A stretch of DNA of 64,000 nucleotides from Poseidonia sp. (GCA_038148515.1 JAYQVP010000002.1:92102-156101); one strand, 5' to 3'; counted from the first letter of the stretch, positions 1 through 10,204 are shown. Translations and numbers: made by a program. Notes: generated by a model from the letters alone, not told the origin.

Positions 1-937
1 CAACGGGCATCAACACGGCTCCAACCATCAATCCACCGACCAGCAGCGGGACAGTCCAGGGCGGGAGAACAATGGTACGTTCTTCGGTGATGACCGTCAC
101 GTCCGCCACCACAACACCGTTGACCACACCTGCATCGTTGTCGTGGGCGTTGTCCCAGGCATCCACCACGAGGTAGAAATTTTCCCATTCGTCCTCTCCA
201 ATCCATGAACGATAGGTTTCTGGCCCGTCGAGTGCCACTGAAAACGTCACTTGATCTCGGTTCTCGTATTGATGGACGTCTCGGTACGGGGACCATCCAG
301 TGATGTCAAAACTTCGCCACTCGGGAGGAATATCGCTGAGCGTGCTATCTCCGTCAGAGAAACCCTCGTCCCACCAATACCACCCTCCGTGGATGGCTCT
401 GTAGACCTCTTCGTAGCGGCTGTACTGTGAGGAAGTCATCAGGTAGACGTCAGCATCAACAGGCGTGCTTACATTGTTCTCGATGGTGAGCAGGGTCACG
501 CAAAACGTTGTACGGTGTTGACTCGAGAGGTTGAAGCGGAGAGCACCAACGCTGTCGTTACCGATCTCCATAGTGATGTAATGGTTCGTGTTCAACTGTG
601 TGAGTAATGGTTCAGGCCATGTGCGGGTGTACATCCAAGACTCTTCGGGGTGCAACGCATCGTCCCAACCACCCCAACCACCGAACTTGTCGTCGTTTTC
701 AATGGCTTCATCCTCGGTCAACATCGGGTCTTCTGCCCACATCCACCCGCCGTTGTTGTCGAACGGGACCAGAGCGTGTCGCTGAACGGTGGTGTTCCAT
801 TTGGTGGTGCTGATCTCGCCCTCGCAACCGCTTGCAGCTTGGGCAGGGTGGACAAAGCCCGCACCACTCACAAGCGGCAAGAGGAGAAGGGCGACGACCA
901 CAAAATGACGCATGATGGTACCTGTTACCACGGGCAT
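1..937 (-). CDS. Hypothetical secreted/membrane-anchored protein, runs off the left edge
   Basis: Manual translation from ATG 937: MPVVTGTIMRHFVVVALLLLPLVSGAG... (signal peptide), open to position 1, ending in hydrophobic PPWTVPLLLVGGLMVGAVLMPV. Not in the ORF track because its stop is outside the window. Confidence 0.8.
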   Translation of the reverse strand, partial: MPVVTGTIMRHFVVVALLLLPLVSGAGFVHPAQAASGCEGEISTTKWNTTVQRHALVPFDNNGGWMWAEDPMLTEDEAIENDDKFGGWGGWDDALHPEESWMYTRTWPEPLLTQLNTNHYITMEIGNDSVGALRFNLSSQHRTTFCVTLLTIENNVSTPVDADVYLMTSSQYSRYEEVYRAIHGGWYWWDEGFSDGDSTLSDIPPEWRSFDITGWSPYRDVHQYENRDQVTFSVALDGPETYRSWIGEDEWENFYLVVDAWDNAHDNDAGVVNGVVVADVTVITEERTIVLPPWTVPLLVGGLMVGAVLMPV

Positions 938-960
938 GGTTGGGGGCTTTAGGACATTGC

Positions 961-3900
961 TCAACGACGACGAAGTGGGCGGACGTATCCGCTGTCGTCG
1001 CTGCGACGTTCTTCTTTGGACAGTATTTTTGGAGCAGGTGGTGGTTGGTGATGGTCCATACCAAGGAGACCTCCTTGTGTTTCAACGTGCTCGACATCGG
1101 TGTAGGTTTCAGCCGCTTCCTTGGCTTCCTCTTCGAGTTGGCTGGGTTCTCGCATCACCAACCAGCCCAAGATGAGCGCAACGACAATTAGCGCAACAAA
1201 GGTGGCCAATTCAGACCCTGCCTCAGCGAGCCAGGACTTCCATTCTTCAGCACTGAAATCCGAAAGAGAAGGGGGTCCCTCGGGCTCAGGGATCACTTCG
1301 ATGTCGGTCGCTCGTTGGTTGCACTGACCCATCCCGTCGCAGACCTCGACCAGCACAGTGTAGTATCCTGTCGCCTCCCATGTTGAGATGGCACGCACAG
1401 TCGACCCGGCGATGGGCAAGACCCAGTCGTCCCTCGGGTCGCCGTTCTCATTCTCATCAACATCGACGTCAAAATCCCAACGGACACTCAATTCAGTGCT
1501 GATTCGTTCATCCCTCTCCGAGATGGAACCATCCTCGACATCCAAGTCGCGATAAATTTCAGTGGCTGTTCCTGCTTCCTTGTCGTATACCTCGGCATCA
1601 AACGAGTTTGAAGAGCCAGCAAAAATGTTCTCGGGGACGAAGATATCCTTCACTTCAGGCGGGTGGTTCACAACCACTGTGTAGCTTGCTCGGCTCACAT
1701 CGCCTGTGCCGAAGGCATCCCGTACGGTGAGGGTGACGGTGTATGTTCCAGGCAACGTGTAGGCATGCCAAGGTGCTGCCCCGTGCGCTAACGGCGTTGC
1801 GTCCCCAAAGTCCCACGTGTATTGGACCAAGCCGTTCCATTCGGGAGATTCGACCTCAAAGGGCACGTATCTTCCTTCGAACTGCCGATCGCCATCTCGT
1901 GTCCCGCTGGTGTCAAAATACAGCAAGCGCCCGGGGGCCGTGACGACATCTCCGTTTTCGTTGAAGGTGTGAGACCATGCATCGGGTGTCGTTCCCTCGG
2001 GGAAGGCGGTGGAGGTGGTGATGATGGAGTCGTTGATCCAACCGTCGAGAATGCGAAGTTGGATGATTGGAAGGGGGTTGGCGATGCGAACCGTCATGAT
2101 GCGGGCGAAACTTTCCTCGCCTTGATTATCGGTGACGACCAAACGCACCGTGTGCTCCCCGGGCGTGGTGAACGTGTGTGTCATTTGCGGCCGGTCACCA
2201 AATGTCCCGTCGGAGAAGGTCCAGTTCCACACGGCGATGTCGGTTGAATCGCCAATCGGCCCGTCAGGGTCGCGGCTGTCAAGGCCGTCAAACACGTAGG
2301 CAGTATCGACTTCACCGTCCTCCTGACGGAAATCCACGTTCCGAGAGCCCATGGCCGACAACGTTCGTACGTCAAAGGTCGCATAGGGGAGTTGGTTTAG
2401 CACCACGACGTCGAGAACCGCCGTTGATTGACTACCGTCATCATCGGTGACTCGCAAGGTGACGGTTTTGTTGCCGGCCACATCCCAAGCCACCAGAGGG
2501 TTTGCAACGTTGCTGCTAACCGTCGAGAAGTCGTCGCTTCGCGTCGGCGTACCCGAGCCCAGTCGAACGCCGTCCGTGAAGGTCCATTCGTAGGCGACGA
2601 TGTCACCATCGTCATCCACAAACACATCGGGAAGGACCAACGTGGTGTACGTCATTGTGGTGAGGGTCTCGGTGAACACCTGAACAGGCAACCGATTGTT
2701 GATGGTGACGAGAATGGTTTTGATGCCCGTGTTGATGCCATCGGAAACCGAAAGCGTGAGGTTGAACGTGGCGTTTTCCCCGTCAATATCATCCCAAGCA
2801 TGCTGTTGAGCGTAGGCGCCGAGGCCACCGCTCGAGGTCCCGTCGCCCCAGTCCCACTGGAACGACAGATGCTCGATGGGGACATTATCAGCGGTTCGGC
2901 CTGCGGAGAACAGGATTCGCTGACCTGTGAGCAATGTGATGGCCTGATCGATGACCACATTGTTGACCGTGATGATGGGGACGGGGCTGGTTTGGTCCGT
3001 GATGTTCATGGCGTGGATTTGTGTTTCAGACCATGTGCCACCACGGTCTTTGACCCGCAAAGTAGCATTAAACTCACCCACCTCGGTGTATGGTCGGAGG
3101 GGGGACTTGAGGTTCGAGGAACCGTTGTCCCCGAAGACCCATGCGTAGGCCGTTGGGTTGTCGTAATAGGGCAAACTGTTGTTGGAGAGGGACAAGCCCC
3201 ACGCATCGAATCCACCGCCGACAAACTGAATGTTTTCCCATGTTTGGGCGATGTTGACCGAGACAGAACCGTTCGCAACTGGTTTCATGTTGTTGAGAAC
3301 CTGAGGCGATGTCTGCAAGGTGTCAACCACGTCGCCGAGCATGTCTTCCATGACCAATTCGAAGTTGTACTGGTCGTTGAGCGGAGCCGTGAAGTAAACA
3401 TCACTGCTCACGATACTCCCTCCTCCAGCAGAGATACGGTCCACGAGGGTGTCAACCACTTGGCCACTCCCATCACGTACATTTACCGTGACGTCCAAGT
3501 CCTCGAAGAAGGCGTTGGAAAGCACGCCGTAGTTGAGTTGAACCGTATCGTCCAATCCATCACCGTCGCGGTCCGACAAGGCGGTTGAGTTGAGCGACAG
3601 GGTGGCCGGGGACGTGATGCGTGCAGCCTCGATGTCAACAACGCCGGTAGGATACGAAGGGCCGCAGGAGGTGTAATCGCAGTCGGCGACAGTGCTCGCG
3701 TACCAAGTGATGACCCAGACTTCATTGGTCAAGTTGCCAAAGCCGGGCACCAACCCTGTGGCGACGTTGTTCACGAACTTCAGGTGACTGACGGACAGCA
3801 GGCCGTCGGAGGCAGCCTTGGTGACGATGACGCCTTCAAATTGGCTCTTATCGGCTGTCAGTCGGAGGGTGAGCGGAGCAGGGGAAGCGCTTCCGGGCGT

Positions 3901-5166
3901 GAATTTGAACGAGCGAATACCCCAGCCTTCGAGGGTGTTGCCCGTGGAGGACCACGGTGCGGACCAATCGCTGTTGGTTTCGGTGGGCTGGGCTGCACAA
4001 AACGCACCTCCAGTGCAAACGGGGTTCAGGTTAAGATTCGGGAATCCATAGATGCCTTGATCGGAGTCAAGGGTCGCAGCGATGCTGAAATTGGCAAAAA
4101 TCTCGTTCATAGTGCGGCCCAGCAAGCCCACCTGTCCGGCTTGAGGGGACAAAGCAAGGTTTTCCACGCCGCGACCGCCAGTGGCTGAGTCTTGCACGAG
4201 CTGACGAACGGCTGGCCCTCCGCCAAGGTGTTCGGCGAGGTACATCGTGAACATGTAGCCGGCGCCGTAGTCGGCGATGCGCTGATTCCACCAACGGACG
4301 GATTGCTCGGGTGACCCCGTCCATGCGTTGACGTGACCCGTCAGGGTGGAGTCGGCTCCAAAGCACAGGTAGATGGCGACATCGGCGTTGCCCTCATCGA
4401 TCCAGAGATTTTCGTAGGGATCCAGAGCGTTGTGCAACAGGTGCTCGAGTTCGTGTGCGAGAATGGATTTGCCCCAGCTCAAGGTAATGTCGGCGAAGTC
4501 AACAAACACGGCTTCCCGGGAACTCGAGAACGAGGGGGCAAAGTAGCCGCCGGTGTTGTAGGCACCATCAATATCGTAAATGATGATTTGAACCTGACAG
4601 TTGTTATCGACATCGGGCGGTGCCAAACCACGACCGTCTTGGTAGTCCTTGCCGTAGTATGTGGTCATGGTAGGGTAGATGGTAGAATCCCATGTGCTTG
4701 CGAGGTTGTTGAGGACCGTGGAGGAGAGGGTGCGCCCGCTCTGTACAATGAACGCCACGGAGGTGGTCGTCTTGGCAACATAGGCCGAAATTTGCCCGCC
4801 TGCCGTGTTGACGTTGAGGTTGTCGCCAACGGAATGCGGGGTGCAAGCGCGCCCTGACGAACGGCCCATCGAGGGTTCGATGACCATGGAATCCACACCA
4901 GGTCGACCGGCATCGATCCACGCTTGACGCATGAACTGTGTGGCCGAAACAACGGGTTCATCCTCATGAATAAACAAATACTCACTTCCTGTGCTGGGGT
5001 CGAAATTATCGAGATCACCAATGACGATGCCACCAGCGTTGTAGGGTGGGGTTGCGTCCGTTGTATCGTCCGTGGCAAGGGCGGTGCTGCTCAAGAACGG
5101 CGAAAAAGAGGCAAAGGCCATCAATAGCACCAAGGTCAATGCAAAACTAGAGCGCCGTTCCGACAT
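961..5166 (-). CDS. Large secreted zinc metalloprotease-like protein with multiple PKD domains and C-terminal membrane anchor
   Basis: Signal peptide; HELEH...WIDEG gluzincin-type motif; repeated WDWGDG/WDFGD/WTFSDG PKD signatures; TM helix near C-terminus. Confidence 0.85.
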   Translation of the reverse strand: MSERRSSFALTLVLLMAFASFSPFLSSTALATDDTTDATPPYNAGGIVIGDLDNFDPSTGSEYLFIHEDEPVVSATQFMRQAWIDAGRPGVDSMVIEPSMGRSSGRACTPHSVGDNLNVNTAGGQISAYVAKTTTSVAFIVQSGRTLSSTVLNNLASTWDSTIYPTMTTYYGKDYQDGRGLAPPDVDNNCQVQIIIYDIDGAYNTGGYFAPSFSSSREAVFVDFADITLSWGKSILAHELEHLLHNALDPYENLWIDEGNADVAIYLCFGADSTLTGHVNAWTGSPEQSVRWWNQRIADYGAGYMFTMYLAEHLGGGPAVRQLVQDSATGGRGVENLALSPQAGQVGLLGRTMNEIFANFSIAATLDSDQGIYGFPNLNLNPVCTGGAFCAAQPTETNSDWSAPWSSTGNTLEGWGIRSFKFTPGSASPAPLTLRLTADKSQFEGVIVTKAASDGLLSVSHLKFVNNVATGLVPGFGNLTNEVWVITWYASTVADCDYTSCGPSYPTGVVDIEAARITSPATLSLNSTALSDRDGDGLDDTVQLNYGVLSNAFFEDLDVTVNVRDGSGQVVDTLVDRISAGGGSIVSSDVYFTAPLNDQYNFELVMEDMLGDVVDTLQTSPQVLNNMKPVANGSVSVNIAQTWENIQFVGGGFDAWGLSLSNNSLPYYDNPTAYAWVFGDNGSSNLKSPLRPYTEVGEFNATLRVKDRGGTWSETQIHAMNITDQTSPVPIITVNNVVIDQAITLLTGQRILFSAGRTADNVPIEHLSFQWDWGDGTSSGGLGAYAQQHAWDDIDGENATFNLTLSVSDGINTGIKTILVTINNRLPVQVFTETLTTMTYTTLVLPDVFVDDDGDIVAYEWTFTDGVRLGSGTPTRSDDFSTVSSNVANPLVAWDVAGNKTVTLRVTDDDGSQSTAVLDVVVLNQLPYATFDVRTLSAMGSRNVDFRQEDGEVDTAYVFDGLDSRDPDGPIGDSTDIAVWNWTFSDGTFGDRPQMTHTFTTPGEHTVRLVVTDNQGEESFARIMTVRIANPLPIIQLRILDGWINDSIITTSTAFPEGTTPDAWSHTFNENGDVVTAPGRLLYFDTSGTRDGDRQFEGRYVPFEVESPEWNGLVQYTWDFGDATPLAHGAAPWHAYTLPGTYTVTLTVRDAFGTGDVSRASYTVVVNHPPEVKDIFVPENIFAGSSNSFDAEVYDKEAGTATEIYRDLDVEDGSISERDERISTELSVRWDFDVDVDENENGDPRDDWVLPIAGSTVRAISTWEATGYYTVLVEVCDGMGQCNQRATDIEVIPEPEGPPSLSDFSAEEWKSWLAEAGSELATFVALIVVALILGWLVMREPSQLEEEAKEAAETYTDVEHVETQGGLLGMDHHQPPPAPKILSKEERRSDDSGYVRPLRRR

Positions 5167-5223
5167 GTCAATCACCGGGAAGAATCGTGAGACTGATTCC
5201 CATTTTTGCGAAGCGCAAGGAGG

Positions 5224-5231
5224 TATTTAAG
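5224..5231 (+). promoter_or_regulatory. Putative archaeal TATA box
   Basis: TATTTAAG ending about 23 bp upstream of ATG 5254 in a divergent intergenic gap; spacing fits a leaderless transcript. Confidence 0.45.
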
Positions 5232-5253
5232 AGTCCGTGGTTACGGCATCACG

Positions 5254-6432
5254 ATGCATCACCGCAGCGCTGTCGCCATTACCGTCGGCTGCATCGTGAT
5301 GCTGGTTGCTCTTTCCAGCCTTCAATTCGTCTCAGCAAGGACCCACGGTCAATGGACCCCCGATGCGATATGTACGTCCCTGGACGACCTCGCATTCAAC
5401 GGAACACGGGCGAACGAATCCGTGCAGTGGCAGGTCAGTCTCGGCCCCCGGCTTCCCGGTTCAAACGCCTCTGGGATGTTGCGAGACACCATCACCTCCA
5501 CTCTGCTGTCGGCGGGGTGGCACGTCGAAGAACAAAGCCACGAACGGCACGGGATGGTCCTCACGAACCTCTTCGCTCGTTGGAACGGCTCCGACGCAGA
5601 CGGAGGACAAGTGGTGATGTCAGCCCACTACGACTCCCGAAACATCGCCGATCAGGACAACAATGTCTCCAATCGGAGTTTGCCGGTGCCCGGGGCTAAC
5701 GATGCAGCCAGCGGCACAGCCGTACTGATCGAACTCGCCCGATGGATACCAAGCATGAACCTCAGCCACGATGTCGTGTTGTTTTGGAATGACGCCGAAG
5801 ACCAAAATGACAACTACACTGTTGGTGCAGAAGCATGGGCGTCCAACCTCTCGGAGAACGACATCAACAACACCCACGCCTTTGTTCTCCTTGACATGGT
5901 GGGCGACGCAGACCTGCAATTGAAGAACATCAATCCAGGAAATGAAACCCTCAAGCAGAGAATGGTGACATTGGGCGGTGCTTTGGGGTTGGTCAACGGC
6001 ACGGAGGCCTGCGACGGCAGTATTGGATTGGACGTCATGCAGTACAACGATGAAGTTGGTGTGTTGGACGATCATATCCACGCCCACCGCTTGAACATTC
6101 CAAGCATTGATATCATGGACCCGGAATACGGAGATGCCAAATTCGGTACGTTTGGCACCCACTGGCACACCATGGAAGACACACCGGACAAAGTCAGTGC
6201 GACCAGTCTAAGCCAGGTCGGAAGGCTGGTAGAGGCTGGGTTGATCACCGGGGCCTTTGTGCTCGAAGGAGACTATACATCCACTATCGATAACGATCCA
6301 ATCAACACCACCAACAACTCGAATAACGAGGCGGGACCCTTGGGAGGGAATGTCGCTCTCGCCGGTCTTGCTTTTGTCTCGTTGCTGACGGTGCTGGCGT
6401 TGTTGGTCATCGCAGAATGGAAGCGACACTGA
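5254..6432 (+). CDS. M28 family peptidase / glutaminyl cyclase-like, secreted with C-terminal TM
   Basis: SAHYDSR, GANDAASG, DAED, LLDMVG, DDH, WHT motifs. Confidence 0.85.
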   Translation: MHHRSAVAITVGCIVMLVALSSLQFVSARTHGQWTPDAICTSLDDLAFNGTRANESVQWQVSLGPRLPGSNASGMLRDTITSTLLSAGWHVEEQSHERHGMVLTNLFARWNGSDADGGQVVMSAHYDSRNIADQDNNVSNRSLPVPGANDAASGTAVLIELARWIPSMNLSHDVVLFWNDAEDQNDNYTVGAEAWASNLSENDINNTHAFVLLDMVGDADLQLKNINPGNETLKQRMVTLGGALGLVNGTEACDGSIGLDVMQYNDEVGVLDDHIHAHRLNIPSIDIMDPEYGDAKFGTFGTHWHTMEDTPDKVSATSLSQVGRLVEAGLITGAFVLEGDYTSTIDNDPINTTNNSNNEAGPLGGNVALAGLAFVSLLTVLALLVIAEWKRH

Positions 6433-6504
6433 CCGACTCCGTGCGCGGCTTGGAAGGGAAGGGGTATTATCCGCGCACGAAGTGGAAGACACGAGGGGAA
6501 GCAC

Positions 6505-7362
6505 TTGGACGACGACCGGATGCGCCGCATGGAAGCGTTGAGGGCCAGGGTCAAAGCCAAGAAACAGGAAGGGGCCTTGCCGGTGGAACCCAGCGAACTG
6601 GTTGTGACCCCCCAAGATGTGGTTGACGCCGATGACAGCCTCGGCGTAAGCAATGATGCCGCTTGGTTGGAGATGTTGGACCGGGATGCTGACAGGTGGC
6701 GGAAGCTTGCTGCCGCACTCATCTTGGTTGGAAGTATTCTCGGCGCCATCAGCGGCCTGCTCATCCTTCAGGGAAACCCGAGCGAGTTGCTGAACACCTC
6801 GTTATTTGCCGAACGCGAGGCGGTGGATATCTCGGGCTCGGCCCTCGAGGATGTTGAGGGCCACGGGGTTGAACTGGTGACGGTTGAACTTCTTGAAGGT
6901 GAGACAAGAGCCCTTTTGCAGACCACGACCACCGACCGCTTCGGGCATTTTACCCTCAAGAATCTGAGCCAAGAAACCCACATCATCGTCTTCTCCAAAG
7001 AAGGCTATGAAACCGTGGAGCGCACCTTCATACCGGATGGTGTTGGTTTGGACCCGGTCACCATGAAACAAGGCGAAGGAATTCGGTACGAACAAGACGA
7101 AGACGCTGACAGCGGCTGGACGTTGGACAACGCAGTCGGCCTCTCCACGGCAATCGGTTTGGTGACGCTCATCGCAGCAGGTATGGGCGTGCAGGCTAGC
7201 ATTGAATCGAGGCGAGGGCGGCATTATCGACGCAGCCAATACTTGGCTGGGTTTGCACTTTTCAGCCGCGGGCTCATCATCATCGGGCCTGCGTTCATCC
7301 TGTTCGGGATGATCCTCAACGTAGTTGCTCGCGAAGACTTCGAAGACCAACGCGAGGATTGA
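6505..7362 (+). CDS. Membrane protein with carboxypeptidase-regulatory-like beta-sandwich domain
   Basis: TM helix, TTTDRFGHFTL...SKEGYET motif, C-terminal TM helices; TTG start. Confidence 0.7.
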   Translation: MDDDRMRRMEALRARVKAKKQEGALPVEPSELVVTPQDVVDADDSLGVSNDAAWLEMLDRDADRWRKLAAALILVGSILGAISGLLILQGNPSELLNTSLFAEREAVDISGSALEDVEGHGVELVTVELLEGETRALLQTTTTDRFGHFTLKNLSQETHIIVFSKEGYETVERTFIPDGVGLDPVTMKQGEGIRYEQDEDADSGWTLDNAVGLSTAIGLVTLIAAGMGVQASIESRRGRHYRRSQYLAGFALFSRGLIIIGPAFILFGMILNVVAREDFEDQRED

Positions 7363-7364
7363 CC

Positions 7365-8732
7365 ATGTACCTCATCTCGGTTGAAGGCGGCGATGGCTCC
7401 GGCAAGGGCGAAGCTGCTCGACTGTTGGGTGAACTGTTGGCGGAATTTCCCTTTCCGGACGTGGTGATGACGCACGAGCCTCGCCGCCACAGCGAACTGG
7501 GAAAACTGGCTTTGGCATCAGTCAAATTAGGGAATAAAACACCTCTGGAAGAGGCAGGCCTCTTTGCCGCCGACCGATTAGACCATTCCCACACCTTCAT
7601 CCGGCCCCACCTCGCCACAGGGTCAGTGGTCGTATCCGACCGAAACATTCACTCTTCTATCATCTACCAAGGCGTCGTCGGTGAGTTGGGCATCGAGAAC
7701 GTGGCAGCCATGAACGCCGCGGCGATGGTGCCCGACCTGGTGTTTTGGATCGATTGCGATCCCGAGAAAGCCATGAAACGAATTCAATCCGGCACCTTGA
7801 GAATGACGAGTCAAAAGCAAGAATATTTCGAAACCGAAGAAATTCAAACCACAATTCGCCAAGGATTTCACGACTTGTTTGCACAGGGACGAACCCTCCC
7901 TCCACCGTTTCATCAATGCAACGTTGTGGGCCCTATCATGAACGAAGGGGGTTTGGACGAACTCAAGTCGGTATTGCGCAAGGAATTACGCCGCTTTTTC
8001 AATCGCAAGCCCGACCCACTCAATGTCGACATGGACGAAGTCGACCGCCACCTGCTCAACGACTTGGTTCATGATGTGAAGAAACAGCGGCGTTTACCCG
8101 GCGCCCCCCAAGAGCGAACGGCCATTCACGTTGGATGGCTGGGTGGGAAATCTCCCGCAGCATGGATGGAGGATGCTGAAGCCAACTGGCCCGAGAACTC
8201 CGCTCAGGACCACGATGTTCCGACATCGCCCATGGCCCATTCATGCTGGTCCATTCTAGGAACGATGTCGTTGATGGTGGGCTCGTGTGAAGTGCCAAGT
8301 TTGCACACCGCATTGGGCCCTGTTCGGATGGTGACCCGTCGTCATACACAACGGCTCATCAAATGGCTGCTGGCCGAACATTGGGTGCACAAACAACAGC
8401 ACCACACGCCCTTTGCCGACGCACAGGTATTCAAACTACGAGAAGAGCGAGTGGGCTTCGGGCGCCTGGCGCTCGCCCTGTGGCCACTCCGCTCCGCCTT
8501 GGCCTCCTGGCGACGCGCCAATCCGACCTCCCCATGGAGCGAAGCACTCAGCGACATCTTCGGGTTGGATGGTGACCGCCCGCTCAGCCCTGCGTTGGCA
8601 AAAGCGGTCAACGACGTCCACGAACGACTCACCATCTTAACCAGCGGTCATGAGGGTTGCCCCGTGCCTTCCAACGCCGCAGAACTTGACGTTTGGTGGT
8701 CGATGGACCCACCTGCTCATTCATCCTCATGA
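7365..8732 (+). CDS. tmk: Thymidylate kinase with long C-terminal extension
   Basis: SVEGGDGSGK P-loop, HEP, FAADR, SDRNIHSSIIYQG. Confidence 0.85.
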   Translation: MYLISVEGGDGSGKGEAARLLGELLAEFPFPDVVMTHEPRRHSELGKLALASVKLGNKTPLEEAGLFAADRLDHSHTFIRPHLATGSVVVSDRNIHSSIIYQGVVGELGIENVAAMNAAAMVPDLVFWIDCDPEKAMKRIQSGTLRMTSQKQEYFETEEIQTTIRQGFHDLFAQGRTLPPPFHQCNVVGPIMNEGGLDELKSVLRKELRRFFNRKPDPLNVDMDEVDRHLLNDLVHDVKKQRRLPGAPQERTAIHVGWLGGKSPAAWMEDAEANWPENSAQDHDVPTSPMAHSCWSILGTMSLMVGSCEVPSLHTALGPVRMVTRRHTQRLIKWLLAEHWVHKQQHHTPFADAQVFKLREERVGFGRLALALWPLRSALASWRRANPTSPWSEALSDIFGLDGDRPLSPALAKAVNDVHERLTILTSGHEGCPVPSNAAELDVWWSMDPPAHSSS

Positions 8733-9478
8733 TCTTTGGTCGCCAGCATGAAACGAGCATTTCCCGGTAAAAGCACGCTCTGAGCGCCGGAGAAAGCAGC
8801 CGCATTGGCCGAATACATTGAACACATCAAGATGGCCAATCCAAAACCAAAGGGTATGCCCGTCAGCACACGCTTCATGTTGTTCGATTCGTAAGGTGTG
8901 AGCAGTTGCAGGAAGCCGTCCAATATCAACGGCATGCACAGCAGCAACCCCGTCCCGAACCAAAGCAGTGTTCTCCGGTTGTTGGCGTAGACGGTGTGCA
9001 ACGACGATTCCGGAAACAGGGAAAGGCACGTGTCACGAACGGTCCATCGGTTCCAACCTCTCCTCGAGAACACGAAACCGCCGACAAATAGCCCCGCGAA
9101 AATCCCGATATCCCGGGTGCATACAGGAAGTTGGTTATCGTTGACTTCCCATGAACGCTCATGTTTTTGGTGGCAGTTCAGATCGCCGAAACCATACGAG
9201 AATGCAGCGTAGGGATTGAGTTCCGACCACACCAGTGTCCCGTGCGCGTGAACCTCCCCCTCGTGTTCATGAACCGAGGGTTGGTTGCCGTGCGACCCCC
9301 ATTCTTCATCGCTGAAAAAATCGATGGCGTTCGCTCGACCTTCAAGTTGCTGCACCGTGCCCGCCGGGATCGTGAGGGGGGCGAGAAAAAACGAGGCGAG
9401 AAGAAACCCGGTGACGCCCATCACCCACGCCCCAACCTTCGCTTCCCGCGTGCGGTTGGGCAAGCCGTTTCGCTCCAT
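8717..9478 (-). CDS. DUF2085 family membrane protein
   Basis: CHQKHERS...QLPVCTRDIGIF motif plus TM helices. Confidence 0.8.
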   Translation of the reverse strand: MERNGLPNRTREAKVGAWVMGVTGFLLASFFLAPLTIPAGTVQQLEGRANAIDFFSDEEWGSHGNQPSVHEHEGEVHAHGTLVWSELNPYAAFSYGFGDLNCHQKHERSWEVNDNQLPVCTRDIGIFAGLFVGGFVFSRRGWNRWTVRDTCLSLFPESSLHTVYANNRRTLLWFGTGLLLCMPLILDGFLQLLTPYESNNMKRVLTGIPFGFGLAILMCSMYSANAAAFSGAQSVLLPGNARFMLATKDHEDE

Positions 9479-9555
9479 GTCACGGTGAGAGTGGAAGCGG
9501 TTTATGGCTCCATTGACCCGGAAACGGTTGAAGGGGCAAACCCCTCCGCCGGTCC

Positions 9556-10188
9556 ATGGGCGAGACACCCTCCCAGCGCATTGGCCTGTGGACCGGTGTG
9601 CAAGCAGGTGCTTTTTTGGGCCTCTTCCTCGGATTTTCCCTTGCGGTAGTATCGGCCCTTACCAACCCGGATGAACTGGTGCAACTCGTTCAGTTCTTGT
9701 GTCTCACCCCCCTCATCTCCGCTGTTGCTATTGGCCCATTCCTGGGCTTGCGAAAAGCTCCTCCTCGCCCCACGGAAGATCCCCTCGAAGTGGTCCGTAC
9801 ACTCCTTGAGCCCATGAACGAAGGTCAAGGACGCTGGCGTGTGCTCAGCCATGTTCGGGGCGACGGTCGGACCGTTCGAATCGACTTGCACCAATCGCGC
9901 CAACCCCTCGCCATCATCGCAGCCACGTTGCCCGTGACGCAGGACTATCCGATTCGCTACATCGTGGGCCGTGGTAGCGCGGGCAGCAGGCAACCTGAAT
10001 TGAGGCAACAAGCGTTGGGGTATATCGAAAACCACATCGACATCGGTCGACGGCGGCGCAGCACGTCCTCTATCGACGTTGTTCCACCATCGGCCATTGA
10101 ACACATGGAGGCAACCCATCGGATGCACCGACGCTTGTTCTACATCCTTCCCATCATCGTCTTCTTTGCATGGCTGGAGATGCGCTGA
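9556..10188 (+). CDS. Membrane protein with SMR-like domain
   Basis: Two N-terminal and one C-terminal hydrophobic helices flank RIDLH...YIVGRG...PELR. Confidence 0.6.
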   Translation: MGETPSQRIGLWTGVQAGAFLGLFLGFSLAVVSALTNPDELVQLVQFLCLTPLISAVAIGPFLGLRKAPPRPTEDPLEVVRTLLEPMNEGQGRWRVLSHVRGDGRTVRIDLHQSRQPLAIIAATLPVTQDYPIRYIVGRGSAGSRQPELRQQALGYIENHIDIGRRRRSTSSIDVVPPSAIEHMEATHRMHRRLFYILPIIVFFAWLEMR

Positions 10189-10204
10189 AGGTCTCAACAG
10201 GGCT

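Noticed and set aside
2428..3588. Long antisense ORFs (also 40518-41348, 41818-42681, 46527-47681, 21116-22111, 9502-10389)
   Set aside because: They mirror well-supported genes on the opposite strand, have no motifs and are expected from codon bias.
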